Of a stretch of 64,000 nt of DNA, positions 59,179-64,000 are shown in pieces. How positions within the stretch are numbered: position 1 is the first letter of the stretch; each line of letters opens with the position of its first letter. The notes under the pieces are model-generated. The model had not been told where the DNA came from. It made no database searches and saw only the letters and a program-made list of their open reading frames with translations. A program made the position numbers and the translations under genes. This stretch comes from Candidatus Poribacteria bacterium (GTDB taxonomy: Bacteria; Poribacteria; WGA-4E; WGA-3G). The DNA lies in contig CAXXUA010000005.1 of NCBI GenBank assembly GCA_963663765.2, positions 640,001 to 704,000 on the forward strand, written 5' to 3'.

Positions 59179-60426
59179 GTAGATAGTCCATTCTAATTGT
59201 TCGGGTATAGATGTTTTAATCGTACGCGTGCATCGTCCGTTGTAAATTGCCAGTTTACCTGCTTTTGCTCTGCATTTCGCCGTTTTTGCCAGGCTTGTGT
59301 CTCTCTATGGAGTGTCTCTATATCTGGGATACGCCGACACAAACATTGACGCGTAAGGACACTCAGTTCTATTTCCGCTATATTCAACCAACTTCCATGT
59401 ACTGGCGTATGCACGATTTCTAAACGCTTACGCAACCTATTTGCTTCCTCATCTCCAAACACTTTATTGAGCGTCGAAAGTTTGTGTATATTCAGGTTGT
59501 CACAAACTAAAATCACACTTTTTGCTGATGAGTAGTCCTGATCCAATAGTATTTTTACTTCTTCTGCCCAATCCTCTGCCTTTCTGCGCGTCCGAACAGA
59601 CACACGCCTCCATCCCGATAATGCTTCTGTGAATAGGAAGATATTTGCCGTGCCTTTGCGTTTATACTCATTATCTACACGCTTGACTTGCCCCGGTTTC
59701 ACAGGATGCGGATCCCGAACATCATCCCTAAGCGTGACAGATTGTTCGTCCATGTTCACAACAGGTATTTCTGTATCTAAAGGTTTCTGGTAAAGATCAA
59801 GCACTTCTTCCATCGACTTTACAAACTCAGCATCTTTTTCAGGGGGAATCACCCACTGTTGCTGAAGGTGCGGCTTCAAAGCGTTTTTTTTAGTGTCTGT
59901 CTTACCGTTTCTGGAGAAATGCTTTCCACGATTTCAAGTCTTACCAATTCTGACGCAAGTAGGCGTAAAGTCCATTTAGCAGCACCTTCGGGAGGTTCGC
60001 TACAACTCAGTGCTATCAAGCGTGCTTCAGCTTCACCATCAAGTTTACGAGGTGTGGGAGGATGCTCTCGCTTAGCACGAAATAAGACACGAGAAAAACC
60101 ACCTACAGCAAAACGCTTACGCACTTTCGCGACTGTCCTATCAGTGCACTCATACGCTTCAGCTATTTTCCCATCAGTCCAACCGGGACCATTGACATCT
60201 GATTTCAGCAAAATATGAGCATTCCTTATCTTATACGCCTCTTTTTACCTGTGTTTATACAATCTAACAACTCCTGCCGCTCCGAATCAGTGAGTTTTAC
60301 AACATATTTCTTAGTCAAGGTTGTGTTCCTCCTTAAGTTTTGCTATACTATAAGAGAAAAACTCTTGTTTGTCAAGATACTAAGAAACAAAAAAATAAAT
60401 ACAAACTTTTAGTATGGACTATCTAC
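59179..60426 (-). mobile_element. IS630-family insertion sequence
   Basis: TIR GTAGATAGTCCAT/ATGGACTATCTAC; TA duplication within CTAG. Confidence 0.93.
59193..60318 (-). CDS. IS630 transposase (orfA/orfB, -1 slip at A8C 59883-59891; extra 1-bp deletion near 60245)
   Basis: TTG start after AAGGAGG; HTH W.LRLLA; DDE motifs MDEQ, CDNL, SWLNIAEIE. Confidence 0.85.
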
Positions 60427-60550
60427 TAGTATAATGAGTATCTCATGTTTTAAACCAAAAATCAAGTTTTTTCTTGACACAAGCACTTAGCACGACTACA
60501 TCCCACTACCTAAAGGTAGGGGTTTTGTCGTGATTCTTGATAAAACTGAT

Positions 60551-61378
60551 CTATAACCGTATTTTTTTAAATGCTTCAATTTGTGCTGTAATAGCACGTT
60601 CAGTCGGTAGACGTTCTGCACTTGATGCGCCATAAAATCCGACAACACCCTTTGTATTCTGTAAGATGAAAGCCGCATCTTCTGGTTCTGCAATGGGACC
60701 CCCATGGCAAATTACCAATATCTCTGGATTTACTCCTATGGCCGCATCGTGTATCGCTTGCACCCGTTTTGAGGCATCTTCAAGTGTAAAAGCAGTTTTT
60801 GCTCCGATGGATCCTTTTGTTGTAAGTCCCATGTGTGCCACAAGGATGTCCGCACCTGCATCTGCCATCTGTTCTGCTTCAGATTCATTGAACGCATAAG
60901 GGGTGGTAAGCAATCCCATCTGGTTGGCAGTACGAATCATCTCAACCTCGGGACCATACCCCATATCTGTTTCTTCAAGAAGCTGACGGAAAGTACCATC
61001 AATTAAACCCACCGTTGGGAAGTTTTGCACACCAGAAAACCCTATTGCATCAATCTGTCCCAAGAAGATTTTCATCAAGCGAAACGGATCTGTGCCACAA
61101 ACACCCGCAAGTACCGGTGTATTCTTCACGACAGGCAGTACTTCACTTGCCATCTCAACTACGATCTGGTTCGCATCACCATAAGGCATCATACCAGCAA
61201 GTGATCCTCGACCCGCCATTCGGAATCTACCTGAATTGTATATGATAATAAGGTCAATTCCACCTGCTTCTTCACATTTCGCTGATATACCTGTACCTGC
61301 ACCTGCACCAATGATGGGTTTACCTGCATCAATATTACTTCGTAGTTTAGTCAAAACCTCTTCACGTTTAAATTTCAT
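60551..61378 (-). CDS. PEP hydrolase-like / Tm-1-like TIM-barrel protein
   Basis: [51 protein letters not shown]. Confidence 0.92.
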   Translation of the reverse strand: MKFKREEVLTKLRSNIDAGKPIIGAGAGTGISAKCEEAGGIDLIIIYNSGRFRMAGRGSLAGMMPYGDANQIVVEMASEVLPVVKNTPVLAGVCGTDPFRLMKIFLGQIDAIGFSGVQNFPTVGLIDGTFRQLLEETDMGYGPEVEMIRTANQMGLLTTPYAFNESEAEQMADAGADILVAHMGLTTKGSIGAKTAFTLEDASKRVQAIHDAAIGVNPEILVICHGGPIAEPEDAAFILQNTKGVVGFYGASSAERLPTERAITAQIEAFKKIRL

Positions 61379-61394
61379 ATTTTACCCTTTTACC

Positions 61395-61776
61395 CAGAGT
61401 TATTCAGTTTTCCTAATTTTTGGACCTTTCAAAAAAGAAACCCCCCGGTAGGAGCGACCTCCCGGTCGCGATTTTCTCAAAAATATGTGAAAAATGGTTA
61501 AAACTGAATAACCCTGCATTTTACCCAGAGTTATTCAGTTTTCCTAATTTTTGGACCTTTCAAAAAAGAAACCCCCCGGTAGGAGCGACCTCCAGGTCGC
61601 GATTTCTCACAAATATGTGAAAAATGGTTAAAACTGAATAACCCTGCATTTTACCCAGAGTTATTCAGTTTTCCTAATTTTTGGACCTTTCAAAAAAGAA
61701 ACCCCCCGGTAGGAGCGACCTCCAGGTCGCGATTTCTCACAAATATGTGAAAAATGGTTAAAACTGAATAACCCTG
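61395..61776. mobile_element. Three tandem ISAs1-derived MITEs (~121 bp each)
   Basis: Units 61395-61516, 61526-61646, 61656-61776, each CAGAGTTATTCAGTTTT..AAAACTGAATAACCCTG, separated by 9-bp CATTTTACC. Confidence 0.9.
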
Positions 61777-61840
61777 CATTTTACTATGTAAGTATTCAAG
61801 TGTCTGACATACTCCCCAAGCTAAAGCATGGGGGTTCTTA

Positions 61841-63155
61841 CAGGGTTATTTAGTTTTAAAAACTCTCAGTTATCAAGTTAACTGCGAGTTTAGGTTTTGA
61901 AGCTAAGTATTTTATCTCATCTGCTATACGCGTTATCCCAGCAAATCGCAACACTGCTAATGCTGTATTTCGCAAAGCAGCCATGATTTGTGGAATAGCA
62001 CCGCATCGGACAGACGATGCGTCTTCTCCAAGTTGTGTATCACGCATCCAATGCGACTTGTTCTCTATTGACCAATGCCCACGGCGTAGCTCAAGTAAAC
62101 GTTGGGCAGAAGTTTCTTCGGGTGTCAGACTTGTAATACCATAATGGATTTTGGTTTTTTCTTCTCCTGTTTTCGTATTTTTGTAAGTATAACGATATTG
62201 GAACACTTGTGCTATACCTGGCCAATCCAGATATGCGTTGAGACTTGTGCTTGCTTTCAAACACCTTGTCTCTATTCTACCATGTGATTTTTCAGAAGTC
62301 TCGTGAGTGTAAATAGGGGCTCCCAATTTAGGATGTGGTGTGTTATCAGAAAGCGTGTCTGGAACGTCTTGAAAGAGTTTTTGGATCTCATCGTAAAGGT
62401 CCGGTTGGTTCTTTTTGACAGGGAGCACATAGTCTCCATTACCCTCTATGATGGCGTGGCAGAATGGTCGCTGTGTCAAAAGTGCGTCTGTTGTGATGAC
62501 TTTACCACTCACATCAAAGTTTTTGAGGATCTCTGTTGAGATCGGTATTTCGTTGGTTTTATCACTGACACCTTTTTGTGTAAGTGTGACGCCTAACTCA
62601 TGAGACACAACAGAGAGTAAATGGCTTATTGTCGCACCACTTTTCTTACTGGCACGCATCGTTTTACCGTCTATAGCGACTGCGTCAAGACAACCTTCTA
62701 AATCAGGTCGACTTTGACAAACGTCTTCTACCCAGTCTGTAAATGTCTTTTCAACAGCATCAGCATCTAAATCTTTTAGAACATTATGTATTGTTGCGGG
62801 ACAAGGTGTTTTCTTATGTGTAAAACCGAGTGTTCTTGCGAGGTCTGGTTGGGTTCGGGCCCAAGTTGCGATGGATGTATATCCTTTATGTCCAGTCATA
62901 AAACCAATAATGTTAAGTCCGATGATTGATTTCAATGGGTGTCGTTTTCCTTTATTGTTGCGCGGGTCTTGGATTTCTGCTAATCTATCTAACAAGTGTC
63001 GAGAGTTTTTCTCTGGCATTTTTCACCTCAAAGGTAAGATTTTTTAGGTGAAGTATAGCAGATATAGCGCGATAAATCACGCTATATCTGCATATCCAAA
63101 AATATTAACGATTGTGATAAAAAACAACCAAAACTCCTAAAACTAAATAACCCTG
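61841..63155 (-). mobile_element. ISAs1-family IS, copy 2 (1315 bp)
   Basis: TIRs; 9-bp TSD GGGTTCTTA. Confidence 0.95.
61856..63019 (-). CDS. ISAs1-family transposase
   Basis: Near-identical to 73-1236. Confidence 0.95.
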   Translation of the reverse strand: MPEKNSRHLLDRLAEIQDPRNNKGKRHPLKSIIGLNIIGFMTGHKGYTSIATWARTQPDLARTLGFTHKKTPCPATIHNVLKDLDADAVEKTFTDWVEDVCQSRPDLEGCLDAVAIDGKTMRASKKSGATISHLLSVVSHELGVTLTQKGVSDKTNEIPISTEILKNFDVSGKVITTDALLTQRPFCHAIIEGNGDYVLPVKKNQPDLYDEIQKLFQDVPDTLSDNTPHPKLGAPIYTHETSEKSHGRIETRCLKASTSLNAYLDWPGIAQVFQYRYTYKNTKTGEEKTKIHYGITSLTPEETSAQRLLELRRGHWSIENKSHWMRDTQLGEDASSVRCGAIPQIMAALRNTALAVLRFAGITRIADEIKYLASKPKLAVNLITESF

Positions 63156-63168
63156 GGGTTCTTAGTTC

Positions 63169-64000
63169 TTATATTGGAAACAGTTTGAGTTGTTTCCAAA
63201 CGACTTTTCCTGCTTCCGTGTCTCGTGCCCTTTCCTGAACAGCTTTGGGTCTTATTTGCACTCCATAGGCGTGACTTTCGGTGTGTCCCACCGTAGTTGG
63301 TTTCAAGTTTATTGCAGCGTTGACATCTCTATCTATAGACATATCACATTGACTGCAGTGATACATTCTTTCTGAAAGTGTTAGGTCTTTCTTTTTGTGT
63401 CCACAACCGGAACAGGTTTTACTACTTGCAAAGAACATATCTGCTTCTTTGACAGGTATACCGTGCACTTCTGCTTTTGTCTTGAGTTTTAGCAGGAAAC
63501 CGCCTAATGCCGTATCTGACAATGCTTTTGCGAGGTTTCTGTTCTTCAGCATATTCGTAACCTTGAGTGTCTCAATACCGATCGCAGATGCGAGGTTGAC
63601 AATCTCTGTAGTTGCTTTATGATGTGCATCGTTTCGGATACAAGCGATACGATAGTAGATACGTTCTAACTTGTGTTTTTGTTTGAACCAGTTGTTAGAC
63701 TTGAAAACTTTTCTACTTAATCTACGTTGTTCTCTTGCTAACTTCTTTTCATATCGTTTCAGGGGTCTTGGATTATCATATTTCGTGCCATCACTCAATG
63801 TGGCAAGTGTGTTTATGCCTACATCTATACCAATCACAGGGTGCGTTGAATTATCAACTGCTTCGGTGTCCTCTGTTTCTATGGTGATAGATACAAACCA
63901 ACGATGTGCTGTCCTTGAGATCGTCACTTTCATAATCTTACCCACAAAACGCAATGATTCAAACATGCTAATCCAACCAATCTTAGGAAGTTTGATACGC
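63169..64000 (-). CDS. tnpB: TnpB, 3' part (5' end outside window)
   Basis: Matches C-terminal ~275 aa of the other copies. Confidence 0.92.
   Translation of the reverse strand, partial: RIKLPKIGWISMFESLRFVGKIMKVTISRTAHRWFVSITIETEDTEAVDNSTHPVIGIDVGINTLATLSDGTKYDNPRPLKRYEKKLAREQRRLSRKVFKSNNWFKQKHKLERIYYRIACIRNDAHHKATTEIVNLASAIGIETLKVTNMLKNRNLAKALSDTALGGFLLKLKTKAEVHGIPVKEADMFFASSKTCSGCGHKKKDLTLSERMYHCSQCDMSIDRDVNAAINLKPTTVGHTESHAYGVQIRPKAVQERARDTEAGKVVWKQLKLFPI

Larger units (their letters stand above)
57741..60539 (-). mobile_element. tnpB-only element copy 3, carrying a nested MITE and IS630
   Basis: 2799 bp = 1422 + 127 + 1250; both ends match copies 1 and 2. Confidence 0.93.
61804..64000 (-). 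mobile_element. tnpB-only element copy 4 (runs off window) with ISAs1 in its right end
   Basis: RE CTGACATACTCCCC at 61804; sequence resumes at 63156. Confidence 0.92.

Noticed and set aside
58-63155. Composite transposon bounded by the two ISAs1 copies
   Set aside because: Each copy has its own distinct 9-bp TSD, so they are independent insertions.
1-64000. Short antisense/overlapping ORFs in the track; tRNA or rRNA genes
   Set aside because: The shadow ORFs overlap well-supported genes and lack motifs; no tRNA cloverleaf or rRNA sequence recognised by eye.

Overview
This is a bacterial chromosomal window of about 40% GC (estimated by eye). It most resembles Candidatus Poribacteria (sponge symbionts), inferred from four PhyH dioxygenases, sulfatases, a LamG protein ending KLTTSWGNIK, and LRR/WD40, cohesin-dockerin and C-type-lectin secreted proteins. 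Housekeeping and metabolic genes (purL, purQ, trpA, moaB, iolG, ABC transporters, oxidoreductases) sit in a very dense mobilome. The full-size elements are two ISAs1 copies, one IS1595, one IS630, one IS200/IS605 (tnpA+tnpB) and four copies of a 1422-bp tnpB-only element, two of them hit by nested insertions. There are also IS982 and ISAs1 remnants and about 30 MITEs of roughly 8 terminal-repeat types, most carrying GTAG-type REP-like hairpins. Most notable: (i) a recurrent ~35-nt hairpin+CGTTGATTTGG micro-insertion inside REP-like hairpins; (ii) a PhyH-family enzyme with a halogenase-type HxG motif; (iii) swapped end hairpins and readable guide/cleavage tetranucleotides in the IS200/IS605 elements, four of five of which sit just upstream of start codons; (iv) a variable-copy 32-bp tandem-repeat MITE; (v) a four-gene array of paralogous membrane proteins. 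I saw no rRNA, tRNA or CRISPR array. All calls come from reading motifs by eye; no database searches were run.
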